Below, piece after piece: positions 1-12,475 of a stretch of DNA of 64,000 nt. How positions within the stretch are numbered: the stretch's first letter is position 1; each line of letters starts with the position of its first letter. Made by a program: the position numbers and the translations under genes. The stretch comes from Basidiobolus meristosporus CBS 931.73. Its lineage: Eukaryota > Fungi > Basidiobolomycota. The stretch is taken from NCBI GenBank assembly GCA_002104905.1, contig MCFE01000123.1, positions 97,574 through 161,573 on the forward strand, written 5' to 3'. The notes beneath the pieces were generated by a model that was not told where the DNA came from, did no database searches, and worked only from the letters and a program-made list of their open reading frames with translations.

Positions 1-1018
1 TGACAGTTTGATGCATATCATGCTTGAAACACATCCAGATAGCTCATATTCAGTGAGAGTTGTCAGCCAACATAATCAGAACTATGGATCTGACCATACT
101 GCTGCAGTTAAGCGGGTTTTTAGATATCTAAAAGGAACTGCTGATATCTGCTTAAGATACACTTACAAGGACTCAGAGCAGGATCTTTTGGGATATTCTG
201 ATGCTTATTGGGGACAAAATTTGGAAGACTGAAGATCCACCACAGGATACACCTTTCTTTACCGTAAAGGAGCAATTTCATGAAATTCAAGTGAGCAACC
301 AACCATAACACTATCTTCCACAGAGGCAGAGTACATGGCAGCCTGTGAGGCTACAACAGTAGCAATGCGGTTAAGAAAGCTTTTTGCAGACTTAGGCCTA
401 TGTCAAAAAATGCCTATTACTTTATTTCAAGATAAGTAAGGATGTTTACAATTAGGTAGAAATCCAACTTTTCATGCTAGAACCAAGCACATATATATTA
501 AACATCATTTCATACATGAAGCCATAGAGAATAACTTAGTTAGCTTAGTTTACTGTCCTACAAATGATATGATTGCAGACATATTTACCAAACTATTAGC
601 TAGAGACAAGTTTGAATATCTTAGGTCAAAATTAGGACTAGTCAGTATGAACATTTAGCTGAGTGGGAGTGTTGTAAGAATTTGTATTTCCACCCAAATA
701 TTCTCCTAACTTTGTCATTTAGAACATCACCTTCAAATCCTAGAGAATACTGACCAAATTCCTTGTCAGGATTCACTTAGAATATTTTCTCCAAAAAACC
801 TGGTACCTAGAACATGAAAATTCTCAAAGTGGTCCGTACTGCCCCAAACTTTGCACACATGTTCTTGGGACCTTCTTTAGCCTATTCTACATGCTTGCTA
901 TGCCAAGACCAGGTAAAAGTATAAGTACTACTTTTACATTCAATAAATCATTAAGTGAAAACCACATAATCAACTTGTCCTCCCAATCACTTCCAATATC
1001 TCTAAGACTCTTACAACA
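1..1018 (+). mobile_element. 3' part of a decayed Ty1/Copia LTR retrotransposon (RT/RNase H remnant, PPT, 3' LTR)
   Basis: ORF 8..232 has Copia motifs AVKRVFRYLKGT and LLGYSDAYW; following sequence resembles Copia RNase H with stops; purine-rich GAGTGGGAG at 661-669 immediately precedes the LTR start TGTTGTAAGA. Confidence 0.9.
670..1018 (+). repeat. Copia LTR, 349 bp
   Basis: Begins TGTTGTAAGA, ends TCTTACAACA (10-bp terminal inverted repeat); related copies at 3658, 5424, 5811, 9541, 54730-55947. Confidence 0.92.
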
Positions 1019-1172
1019 CTATCTCCCTTGTCAAAGCACCGGTCTGATGAGTGTCCTCTCCTTTTGCAGTAGTAGCAACATAGGTTGGTATTGCTCTTGG
1101 AAGATCTTGAGCATCTCCTTTATTGGTTATCATTGCTTATCAAAGCATTTTCTTCTTCCTTCTTCTTGGTGC
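1019..1172 (-). pseudogene. Copia gag fragment with zinc knuckle
   Basis: Minus strand reads CYYCKRRGHSSDRC (CX2CX4HX4C) preceded by KKEEENAL, matching gag in ORF 8110..9090. Confidence 0.8.
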
Positions 1173-3224
1173 TGTGGTGGTGTATACGTCCAAGGGAGAG
1201 ATACATCCAACACTTCTCAAGTGCTTTGTGTGTGGGGTGTTCACTGGGTGCAATAACCTCTGGCAAATCTTGCTAGGAATACTTGGGTTCTGTCTCTAAT
1301 CTAATGTGAAGGGGAATAAAGCCACAAGCTTGTCAAGAGAAAACTATTGAGCTACAATCACCAACTTAGTTGGCATCTTAGTAAAAGTATGTGCTGGGTT
1401 CAGCATTATTTGAGATGACAATGTACTAAAGCTTCCAAAGTCAAAACAACTGTAAACTCCACCAGCAGGGACTTGATAAGAATGCAGCTGAGGTCAATAG
1501 TTACAAAGACAGAAAAGTATCTCTGCCTGTACAAGAAAAAACTTGGGAAAGAATCAAATACAACAAAAGATACCTACTCTGAGTTTTCCTCACAAGTAGT
1601 GCCTCTACGGTCAGTTGGCTGTCAGCGTAGTTTCCTGGGAGTGTCCTGTGGTCCAGGGTTGGAAGTTCAGGTAGCAGCAGGTAGCAGTGATTACACTAAT
1701 CAGCAAGTTGGTATATTGATAAAAGGGAAGATCATTTACTGTTGAGAGACTGCCTCCCTTATATACTTCTCTCACTGGTAAAGTGATTACTAATCTTGGT
1801 GTTCCAGAAGGCTCTGGAGATCAACAGAAATCTTAATGACATCAGAGTGAGCTAAGAGTATTCTAGGTAGGTGCCAGAAGGTTCTAAGAGGCACAGCACA
1901 TCCAATCAATCAGGAATTAGTATTATGAAACCTGTGTAACATAGCAATACCTTATATGGTATGAAAATTGTAGGGAAGGTGACATGGGTTGATCATGTGT
2001 CACAGGTACTGGTACAGGTACTTGCCTAATATAGAAGCACTTACAGCTAGTAATCTTACATCAAGTGAGGGATAACTTATGCAATAAGGTAAGCAGGTGT
2101 GATAGTCAACCAACTTATGGGATAGTACTGATCAGGTAAGACAAATGGGATAAAACTAAAATAAGTTTAGTAGAGATATAGGGAAGTAGAAAATATGGGA
2201 ATGTGCGTATATGTCAGTTGGTGTCACTGTGACCCCACTAAAGTGCTTGACTTTCTTAATTCTTCATCCAGCAACCTTTGCTATGACATCATGTAGATAT
2301 CTATCCCAGGAAAAGACAGGTGGCTTCATTGAGGATGACTGAGAGAGCACTTTGTTCTCCAAACTTACAGTGGTTAGCTAAAAAGTTTCAGGGAATTTTT
2401 TAGCTCAAGTGGGGGGTGGATGTGGTAGGGTAAACATACCCCCCATAGACAAGTTTACTCATGTAGTCATTATGATATACTTATCCATATATTATCTTAC
2501 CAGTATTATCCCATTCTTCTTTTGCCCATATTATCAGTATTATCCCCATATGATGTTTACCCTGATTAGTTCTTAGCATTAGTTATCCCAGATGTTACTC
2601 AGCTTTGGGATCAGTGTATGTAACTACATAAGGCAAGTACCCGCGTCAGTACCCGTGACACATGACCTAAGTCTGTGTTACCATTCCTACCATTTCAATA
2701 CCATATATGGTATTTCTATGTTGCACTGGTTTCAGACTACTGATTCCTGATTGGTTGAATGTGCTGTGCCTTTTAGAACCTTCCAGGACATTCTTGGCAT
2801 ATTTTTAGCTTATAGTGATGTCATCAAGAATTCCACTGATACCTAGAATCTTCTAGAACTTTGTCATTAGTAACCACTTGGCAATCAGGAAGAGTATTTA
2901 AGGGAAAGCAATCCCTCATCAATAAATCATCCCTTCTATCAGTAACACTTCTAACTCATTGATTAGCAGTTGATCACTGCACCTGCCTTCAACAGTACAT
3001 CTCAGACCTGCCATCAAGGAGCTTTTCAGGGTAGTGCACAAGGCACACAGAGGCCTTTGGAGACACTTGGAGCACCTAGGAAGCTAGAGAAGCAGGAGCT
3101 TTTACCATAGTGACATATTGACAAAGATACCAGCAGTTTAGACACAGAGGTTATTGCACCCATCAGACACCTCACACACCTTGAGTTGTGTAGCTTCTCT
3201 CAGGAGTACCTCTACACCACCACA
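1173..3224. repeat. Large diverged inverted-repeat pair (arms ~1173-2170 and ~2500-3224)
   Basis: Starts TGTGGTGGTGTA and ends TACACCACCACA; long stretches align in reverse complement, e.g. GAAGGTTCTAAGAGGCACAGCACAT near 1880 vs ATGTGCTGTGCCTTTTAGAACCTTC near 2760. Confidence 0.75.
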
Positions 3225-3989
3225 CTGCATGGCAATTCTGTTAACTAGATTTTTCATTTCTTCTCCTGGCAGCATCTTTGCAGCAAAGAATGTTTGTCTC
3301 AGATAGCTATTCTTGGCAGCTTAGCATCACTGGTAGGTGTCTTCTAATACCTTCCAGACATTCTTTGCCATTTTTGCTGTTGAGCATTGAATTAGCAATT
3401 TGTCTTTAACTTTAAGGCAAATGCAGTTATAGGTACTTAATTATTTCTTCTGTGATTTCAAGGCTTCCTCTCCCATGCTTTTATGAGGGCATTCTTCTCC
3501 CATGACAATATTCCAAAGGCCTCTTTCTTATAGCAGTGTCTTTATCTTTAACTTTAACACTTGGTAGTTGGATCCGTCCAGCTTTTCAGCAGAGGGAAAA
3601 ATTCCAGTAATAGCAGTAGTAGATGTTACAGAGAGTGACAGCTTGGGGCCCATAACCTGTTGTGATAGTCTTGGAGATATTGGAAGCAATTGGGAGGACA
3701 AGTAGACTATGTGGTTCTCACTTAATGATTTATTGAATGTAAAAGTAGTATTTATACTTTTGCATGATCTTGGCATTGCAAGCACATAGAATTGGCTCAG
3801 GAAGGTCCCAAGAGCATGTGTGCAAGGCTGAGAACTTTTTGGACAACTTTGAGAATTTTCATGTTCTGGGTAAATATTCTAGGCAAATCCCAGCTGGGAA
3901 TTTGGTCAGTATTCTCTAAAGTCTGTGGGTAATGAGCTAAGTGCCTACATTTGGTGAATATATAAGTGGAGTTACAAACTTTTACAACA
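3225..3989 (-). mobile_element. Copia 5' LTR (3658-3989), PBS and gag N-terminal fragment
   Basis: LTR homologous to 670-1018; PBS GGTTATGGGCCC at 3657-3646; gag-like AITGIFPSAEKLDGSNYQV. Confidence 0.88.
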
Positions 3990-5423
3990 CCCAGCACATT
4001 GATGGATGACCAGCAAATGTCCATCATCACATCAGCACCACCTATATTAGCATGTATTTCATCAGCTTATACCAAAGCATTATTGAGGCAATTAGGTGCT
4101 GTGGCTAATAGCATAGATGCAATGGCCTAGAGATACCAGGAAATAGTCCAGAAGCCAGATGAGCAGATCATACATGTAGAGCAATCAATATCCCAGGTAG
4201 AGAATGCAGTATCTAGTCTGCAAAGAAGGAATCCAAGTAGTTCATTATCACAGACAAAATCTGAGCCATTTCCCAATGTAGCATCAGTGGAATTTTGTAC
4301 AGTATTTGAAGCACAAGGACAGTGCCCATAGATAAAGCTCACAGAACAACATATGACAGCCTGGGGGAGAGACTGCAGTATTTATACCAAATGCTAAAAA
4401 GCAAAAGACATTGTGAAGCTGTTCAGTGCAATGGTACACCATAGCCTAATATTCAAGATGCCATAAGAAGTTTAGCATGCCATCACCTTAAGGTCTGCAT
4501 AGAATGGGACCACCAGTGACTCAAGGCAAAGCAGAATGTGCTTAGTCTGCTCCATGAGTGTTATCCTGGATCCAAACAGGCCAAAGGATTTTAGGCTAGC
4601 ATTGGCATGCTAAGAGAGTATCTTAAGAATAGCAGAAACTATCAAAGGCAGAACAACAAGGGCACCATGGCCAAAAAGCAGCAGCTTCCTCAGGATTCTA
4701 TCACAAGCAAGGCTGAATGCTTAATGCAAGCAACAAATAAACATCAGGTAGCTGGAAGAGTTCTGGCAAGGGACAAGCAGGCAGAAACAGATACACCAGT
4801 GCAGTATACATCCAGGGTAAAGTGAAGTTAATAATAGGTGCACCAAGAAGTTGCATCACCTCTTCAAGTGCAGTGCTCAAGAAAATGCACTTGAATATTG
4901 CAAGCATTTATTGCCAGTACTGGCAGCTGAGGTGCTAGACCTTATAGTGCTGGCCAAAAACCTGGATGTTTGGGAACCCTTGAGTGAAGAATGGCATAGA
5001 GCTCTAGAATTACTGCAAAAGTCATGGAAAAAGGGCATTACAGCCAAAGCACTCATTGAATGGTGGATTTTTATGGAGTTACTTGTTGAATGTGCAAATG
5101 GGCTTAGTATTAGTGTTGGGTATAGGGACTTGTATAGGTCAGTGCAGTGAGCAAATATGGTACAACTAAAGGCTCAGCAGTAATAAGCCTACTTGTAGGC
5201 ATGAAAAGTAAGAGCATCAGTTGAGTCAGGAAGTAAGAAGTGTGAACAAGTAGCAACAGCCAATCAATGTACACAAATGTAGGAGGTGATTGAGTGTCTG
5301 GGATCAGAAAGTGAGATAAATGGCAGAGAACTAATGAAAAGCCAACTATGTATTGCTTTGATGAAAATTTTGACCAAGTTATTTATGCAATCTGAGATGT
5401 AAATTTTTTTTGATGGTCTTTTT

Positions 5424-8400
5424 TGTTGTAAGAGTCTTGGAGATATTGGAAGTGATTGGGAGAACATGTAGATTATGTGGTTTTCACTTAATGATTTATT
5501 GAATGTAAAAGTAGTATTGAAACTTTTACATGATCTTGGCATAACAAACATGTAGAATAGGCCTAGGAAGGTCCCAAGAACATGTGTGCAAAGTTTGGGC
5601 TGTTTGGACAACCTTGAAAATTTTCATCTTCTGGGTAAATATTCTAAGTAGATCCCACCAAGGAATCTTGTCAGTATTCTCTAGCACTTGAAGGTAGTAA
5701 TCTAAGTGACCAAGTTGGGTGAGTATTTAGGGGAATTACAAATTGTTACAACACTCCTACTCAGCTAAATGTTTATACTGACTAGTCCTAATTTTGACCT
5801 AAGATATACATGTTGTAACAATTTGTATTTCCACCTAAATATTCACCTAACTTAGTCACTTAGATCATCACCTTCAAATCCTACAGAATATTGACCAAAT
5901 TCCTTGTCAGGACTTACTTAGAATATTTCCACTAAAATACTAGGTGCCCAGAACATGAAAATTCTCAAAGTTGTCCAAACAGCCCCAAACTTGCACACAT
6001 GTTCTTGGGACCTTCCTAAGCCCATTCTACATGTTTTTTATGCCAAGACCATGTAAAAGTATAAATACTACTTTGACATTCAATAAATCATTAAGTGAAA
6101 ACCACATAATCTACTTGTTCTCCAAATCACTTCCAATATCTCCAAGACTCTTACAACAATACAAACTTGTCTCCAGCTAATGGTTTGGTGAGTATGTCTG
6201 CAATTATTTCATCTGAAGGACAGTACAATAAGCTTACTAAGTTGTTCTCTATAGCTTCATATATGGAGTGATGTCTAATATCTATGTGCTTAGTTCTAGC
6301 ATGAAAAGCTGGATTTCTACCTAATTGTATACATCCTTGATTATCTTACAATAAAGTAATAGGGATTATTTGACATAGGCCTAAATCTGTAAAAAGCTTT
6401 CTTAACCACATTGCTTCTTTTGTAGCTTCACAGGCAGCCATGTACTCTGTCTCTGTGGTGGAAAGCCCTATGTTTGGTTGCTTTCTTGAGTTTCATGAAG
6501 CTTCTCCTTTATAGTGAAGAAAGGTGTATTCTGTGGTGGATCTTCTGTTTTCCAAATTTTGTCCCCAATCAGCATCAGAGTATCCCACAAGAGTCTACTC
6601 TGAGTCCTTATAAGTGTATCTTAAGCAGATATCAGCAGTTCCTTTTAGGTATCAAAAAATCCACTTATCTGCTGCAATATGATCAGATCCATAGTTCTGA
6701 TTTTGCTGGCTGACAACCCCCACTGAATACAGGATATCTGGACATATTCCAAGCATGATATACATCCAACTGCCAACCATAGATTGATAAGGAAAGTCAG
6801 GGCATTCAGATGGCACCAAGCTCTCTTGATTTGGTTAAGTCTTGACCAAGTTAAGGTTTACCTCCATTGGGGTCGCTGCTGGTTTACAGTCTTCTATTTG
6901 ATACTTCTTTAGTATATCTTGAATATACTTGGACTGGCTTAGGGTGATAGTCTGGGTACTACCGTCTATGGAGAACTTAATCCCTAAGTAGTAACTGAGT
7001 TCTCCTAGAATGGGCATCTTGAACTCATTAGATAGACTGGATCTAGTCTCAAACAATGCTGCTAGGTCATTGGCAGCTATGATAAGCTCATCCACATATA
7101 GAGCTAATAGAACTGGACTTGCTCTGTCTGCCTTATAGTATATACTATAGTCAGCATTACTCCTTTTGAAACTCACAGACTCCAAATAAGAATCTATCTT
7201 GCAGTTCCAGGCTCTTGGTGATTCTTTGAAACCATATAGAGATTTTAAGCTTGCAGACCAAATGGGGTTATCTTGGTCAACAAACCCATCAGGCTGGTTC
7301 ATATACATGTCCTTATCAAAGACTCCATTCAAGAATGCAGTTTTTACCTACATTTGATGAATAAAAAACTTATATTTGGCGGCAAAAGCCAATATTAATG
7401 TGATGGAGTTAAACTTGGCTACCAGTGCAAAGGTCTTAGTATAGTCAAGTCCTTTTGTTTGAGAGTATCCTTTGGCCACAAGTCTTACTTTGTAACTCTC
7501 CATTATACCATCAGCCTTATACTTTGTCTTGAAGACCCATCTGATTTCCAAGCAGTTTCTTGGCATATGCTGTACACCCAAATACTTTTAGGTGTTCTGC
7601 ACTTGGTCTGCATCCATACCATGCTTCAAATGGAGTAGAACCACAAAGTATTCTGTTATGACTCCTATTTTTAAGGTATACACCTGTGGCAACTGATTTT
7701 GCCCAAAAACCATTGGATAATTTTTGATCATGGATCATAGATCTTGCCATATTGATTATTTATCTGTTAGCATGTTCTGCTACTCCATTTTACTATGAGG
7801 AGAATGGTACAATAGTCTCTTGCTTTATCCCATGAATTTTGCAGAAGTGGATGAAGAGCTTTGAGGAATATTCTTCACCTTTGACAGAGCATATTTTCTT
7901 TATTTTTTCACCAGTTTCTCTCTCCACCATGGCTTTAAACTCCCTGAACTTAGACAGAGCTTCTTCCTTTCTCTTTATGAAGAAGACCCAAATGTATTTT
8001 GTATAATCATCAATAAAAGAGTTTAAATACTTTACCCTGCCCCAGGATAAATTTTGCAAAGATCCACACAGATATGAGTGAGTTAGATCTAATTTTTTCT
8101 TAGTTCTCATTACCCCAGAGCTCTTGAACAGTTGACTGGCTTGTTTCCCATATATGCAGGTTTCACAGTGCTCCAAATTAGCTGGGGATCAATTTTTACT
8201 CCAGAAATTAGCTGATCTTTGATCATTTTACACAAGTTATCAAAATTAAAGTGCCCAAATCTCCTATGCCAAAGCATTGGTGTTTCTTTATTTAAGTTAC
8301 CTATATTGGCTTCCAGATATGATGGAATATAAGTCAACTTGTATAGATTTTGATCTCTGATACCCAAAGCAAGATGGGCACCATTTTGATCAGTGATCCT

Positions 8401-9872
8401 GCATCCAGAATTGTCAAAGCTGAAACTGAGTCCTTCTGCTGTGGCCTTGTTTACAGATAGTAGGTTCTTGGCTATTTCTGGTACATAGAGTACTTCCTTA
8501 AAGGTCAGTGTATAGCTTCCTTCACTACTTCTAAGGTTTACTTGGATACTTCCTTCTCCCACTGCATCAAGTGTTCTATTGTCACCCATGAAAACCTTCC
8601 TATCTGGAATTTCTTGGTATTGGGTAAAAAGTTCTTTTTGATGTGTAAAGTGTTGTGATGCTCCAGAGTCAATGTATAATGTCTGAGAATCCTTGTTTGT
8701 GGTCATATTTAGTGCAGATATGAATAGTCTATCTTCAGTTGTTGCAGCATTTCCAAATTCAGGCTTCTTTTGCTGATTATCTCTCTTTTTGAGACACCGG
8801 TCTAATGTGTGTCCTTTCCTTTTGCAGAAGTTACAAAGCAGGTTGCTTTTTTCTTTGAAAGGTCTTGGGTATCTTCTTTGTTGATTATCATTGCTTACCA
8901 AAGCATTTTCTTCTTCCTTCTTATTGGCACTTGATTTTCTTAGTTTTCCATCCAGAAGCCCTCCATATACGTAATTTAAGGTCAAATCTTCAGTTCTGGA
9001 CTCTAGGGCTGATACAAGGCCCTGAAGCTTGTCTGTCAGGCTATGCAGGATGGTTACTATCACATCTTCTTCAGTAGTTGGTGTGCCCACAAATTCATCT
9101 CATCCACCAGCAGAGTAACTCTGTTAATTAGATATTTCATTTCTTCTCCTGGCAGCATCTTTGTAGTAAGGAATTTTTGTCAAAGATACATTTTCTTAGC
9201 AGCTGAACATGACTGGTAGGTGTCTTCTAATGCCTTCCAGGCATCCTTTGCTGTTTTTGCTCTTGAGCATTGAATGAGCAATTTGTCCTTAACGTTTAGG
9301 CAAATGCAGTTAAAGGCACTATGTTCTTTCTTCTGGTACTTTAAGGCTTCCTCATCCACATTTTTATGAGGGCATTCTTCTCCCATGACAATATCCCAAA
9401 GGCCTCTTTCTTGTAGCAGCATCTTCATCTTCACCTTCCGCACTTGGTAGTTAAATCCATCTAATTTTTCAGCAGAGGGAAAAATTCCAGTAATAGCAGT
9501 AGTAGACATTGCAAAGAGTGACAGCTTAGTGCTCATAGCCTGTTGTAAGAGTCTTGGAGATATTGGAAGTGATTGGGAGAACAAGTGGATTATGTGGTTT
9601 TCACTTAATGACTTATTGAATGTAAAAGTAGTATTTATACTTTTATATGGTCTTGGCATAACAAACACATATGATAGGTTAAAGAAGGTCCCAAGTACAT
9701 GTGTGCAAAGTTTGGGGCTGTTTGGACAACTTATCTAATTTTCATGTTCTGGGTAAATATTCTAAGTAAATCCCAACAAGGAATTTGGTCAGTATTCTCT
9801 AGGATTTGAAGGTAATGATATAAGTGACAAAGTTAGGTGAATATTTAGGTGGAATTCCAAATTTTTGGAACA
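5424..9872 (-). mobile_element. Near full-length but decayed Ty1/Copia element (5' LTR 9541-9872, gag, protease, integrase, RT, RNase H, 3' LTR 5424-5753)
   Basis: Copia domain order in broken ORFs: gag 9180..9540; CNFCKRKGHTLDRC and YIDSGASQH (8110..9090); integrase FIDDYTKYIWV (7793..8176); RT LALYVDELII (6835..7332); integrase end is fused to RT start near 7560 (internal deletion); no matching TSD seen. Confidence 0.9.
5811..6158 (+). repeat. Solo Copia LTR nested in the RNase H region of the 5424-9872 element
   Basis: TGTTGTAAC...CTTACAACA flanked by 5-bp direct repeat ATACA (5806-5810 and 6159-6163). Confidence 0.9.
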
Positions 9873-11281
9873 GAATATGCCACAAGATTCTTCACCCACC
9901 TCTGCAAAATTTGTGTCATAAAGGAAGAGGCCACTTCACCGCACTCTCCACAGTAAATCTGAATGTCAAAGCATGAATGTAGATCTACAATTGATATAGC
10001 TAGATCTTCATCTGTGAACAAACATTATGCTACAATTCTTGGGTGGGATCATTTGCCATTGCTGTACATGTCTGAAATAGGAGATATAGTGGAATACTTT
10101 GTAGTTCTACTCCATTTGAGGTGCAGTATGGATATGAGCCAAATGCAGGTCATCTAAGAATATTTGGGTTGCACAGAATATGCAAAAGCTGCCCAGAAAT
10201 CTGCCACAATTTGGGTAAAAAGCAAGAAACCAGTATTTTTGAACAACTGCAATGAGAGTAAGATATAGAGACTTGGCAATACCAAAGCAAATAAGCTGAT
10301 CAAGTCCAGGCATGTTCTGTTTGATTAAAAGTCAGGGAACTCACAAAAATTGTATCAGGCAACTACAAAAATTTAATCTACATCCATCACAGAGCATGTC
10401 AATGAAAATTTTCTCACTCCAATGGACTCCACAACTGTTGTTCAGCCTGAATCAGTACCCAGAAATATCCCAGAAGTGATCATTCCAGTATCACAAGGCA
10501 GAAGATCCTACCAGATTAGCAACAGCCCAAGTTACTATATTGATGTGGGCACAGACTTAGCCTATGTCTATTCTGTCCCAGTAGATGAGCTCCAGGCAGT
10601 AATAAAGGCCCTAGAGGAGTGCTACATGGTAAACATGATCTGGAGGGAGGATATGGACACCATTTACTCAGTGTTATCATGGAAATGAGCAATCCTAGGC
10701 TTGTGGGTTCCATAAGGTAAGGAAAGATGGGACACGTGCAATAGGGAAGATTTTTGACACAGCGGAGGTGTGCTACAGATACAACGTATACGTCTTGCCG
10801 AATGAGCAATTGGGTGCTGTACTGATGATTTGCCAGAGTGGCCATGCGGGCATGGTTTTCCAATTTTGAAAATACTATTGAGTTTCCGGATTCTGCCCAG
10901 GTTAATGGTACGGTCATGCAACACATGGGCATAATAGAGCAGCCAACTACCGTTTCACCATCCATGCCACATATCTGATGATACGATTTCTCGGCTCATT
11001 TCCCAAACCCCTATCAACCGCATGGTTGCTGGAGCCACGTATCGCGTACCAATCCAATGACCCATGTCCACGGAAAGCGGAAAGATGGGGATTATGTGGT
11101 ACCAGATGAGCTTGATCAAATCTTCGCTGCACTTGGCCCGTTTATCGTTGCCCTTGGTTTCTTCGCGCAAGACAAGGTGGGATAGGATCGCCGTGACACG
11201 TGAACATTCCACATCTCCGATGGGGCCCATAAATAGGCCTGACCGCCACCAGATGCCGCAACCTTGATTCTTTTCCGCACC

Positions 11282-12166
11282 ATGCTATCCGAACGAAACT
11301 CAAGTGAAGTCACGGTGATCGGCCTGGGGGACATGGGCTCCACCCTTGCCAGAGTGCTGCTGGAAAAAGGCCATCGTATCACCGTGTGGAATCGCACCAG
11401 TGCCAAGGCTGAGCCGTTGGTCCGAAAGGGGGCCACCCTGGCCTCAAGCCTCCAGGACGCCATCAGGGCGAGCCCGGTCATCATCACCTGTGTCACCAGC
11501 TACCAGGCAACCCGAAGCCTTCTTGAAAGCGAACCAGCATTGCCCAGCATTGCCGGTAGACTACTGGTGCAGCTAAGTACCGGCACGCCGCAGGACGCAA
11601 GAGACAGCGAAGCCTGGGCCCATGAGCACGGGGCCGAATACCTTGACGGGGCGATCCTGGCATTCCCGGATCAGGTTGGCAAAGAAACCACCCCCATTGT
11701 GGTGTCAGGCCCATACTCCCAGTTCCAGAAGTGCGAGCCAATCCTGCGATCCCTTGCCGGTGGTCTCCAGCATGTGGGTGAGCCAGTAGGCGTCGCCTCC
11801 ACATGGGACATGGGATTTCTCTCCTCCCTCTGGGGGGCCACTCTCGGGTTCCTTCACGGGGCCCGCATCTTCGAGTCGGAAGGGCTTCGGGTGGACACTT
11901 TCGGCACCCTGATCAACCGCATCTCCCCGTTGATTGGCGAGATGGCCGAATACGAGTGCCAGGTCATCCAGTCGGAGAAGTATGACAGGCCCCAGGCGTC
12001 CGTAAGCATCTGCTCCCAGTCGGTAGAATTGCTCACGAAGCAGGCGCAACAGGCTGGCATCAACCCCGATATCCCAGTGTTTACCCACGGACTGTTCAAG
12101 AAAGCGATCGCCGCGGGATATGGTGACGAGGAGTTTGGCGCGGTGATCAAGGTACTCCGCAAGTGA
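11282..12166 (+). CDS. NADPH-dependent imine reductase-like oxidoreductase (6PGDH/beta-hydroxyacid dehydrogenase fold), intronless
   Basis: GLGDMG, VWNRT, QLSTGTP, YLDGAILAFP and ASTWDMGFLSSLWG motifs; ATG at 11282. Confidence 0.85.
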   Translation: MLSERNSSEVTVIGLGDMGSTLARVLLEKGHRITVWNRTSAKAEPLVRKGATLASSLQDAIRASPVIITCVTSYQATRSLLESEPALPSIAGRLLVQLSTGTPQDARDSEAWAHEHGAEYLDGAILAFPDQVGKETTPIVVSGPYSQFQKCEPILRSLAGGLQHVGEPVGVASTWDMGFLSSLWGATLGFLHGARIFESEGLRVDTFGTLINRISPLIGEMAEYECQVIQSEKYDRPQASVSICSQSVELLTKQAQQAGINPDIPVFTHGLFKKAIAAGYGDEEFGAVIKVLRK

Positions 12167-12475
12167 GCCTATTGTAGGAAATAAACTTGTCCATGTCGAT
12201 GGCTACCAGCAGTCACTGGGAGTAAGCTTGGGGTGTTATGACACCACGTTAGCAATATTGGTTGTGGAAGAGGTGACGGCGGCACATGGAAGTAGTCCCC
12301 CACCCCATCATCTTATTGGTTAATATTGGGTTAGGATTGGTGGTTTTATTGGGATAAAGGGTGGATACTATTGCCGCCCAAGTGGCCAGAGAAGGAGGCA
12401 AGGGGGAATGGGAGGTGGGAGGTGGGGAAATATACACAATCTATATATAGTGATGAGATGAGATAAGCGCATCGA

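Noticed and set aside
4030-5360. Possible decayed hAT-like transposase (GHCPCASNTVQN resembles the CxxH motif)
   Set aside because: Single weak motif, no TIRs or continuous ORF found; not enough to call.
9873-11260. Short ORFs between the Copia block and the imine reductase
   Set aside because: No recognisable motifs; could be a decayed element or gene end but unsupported.
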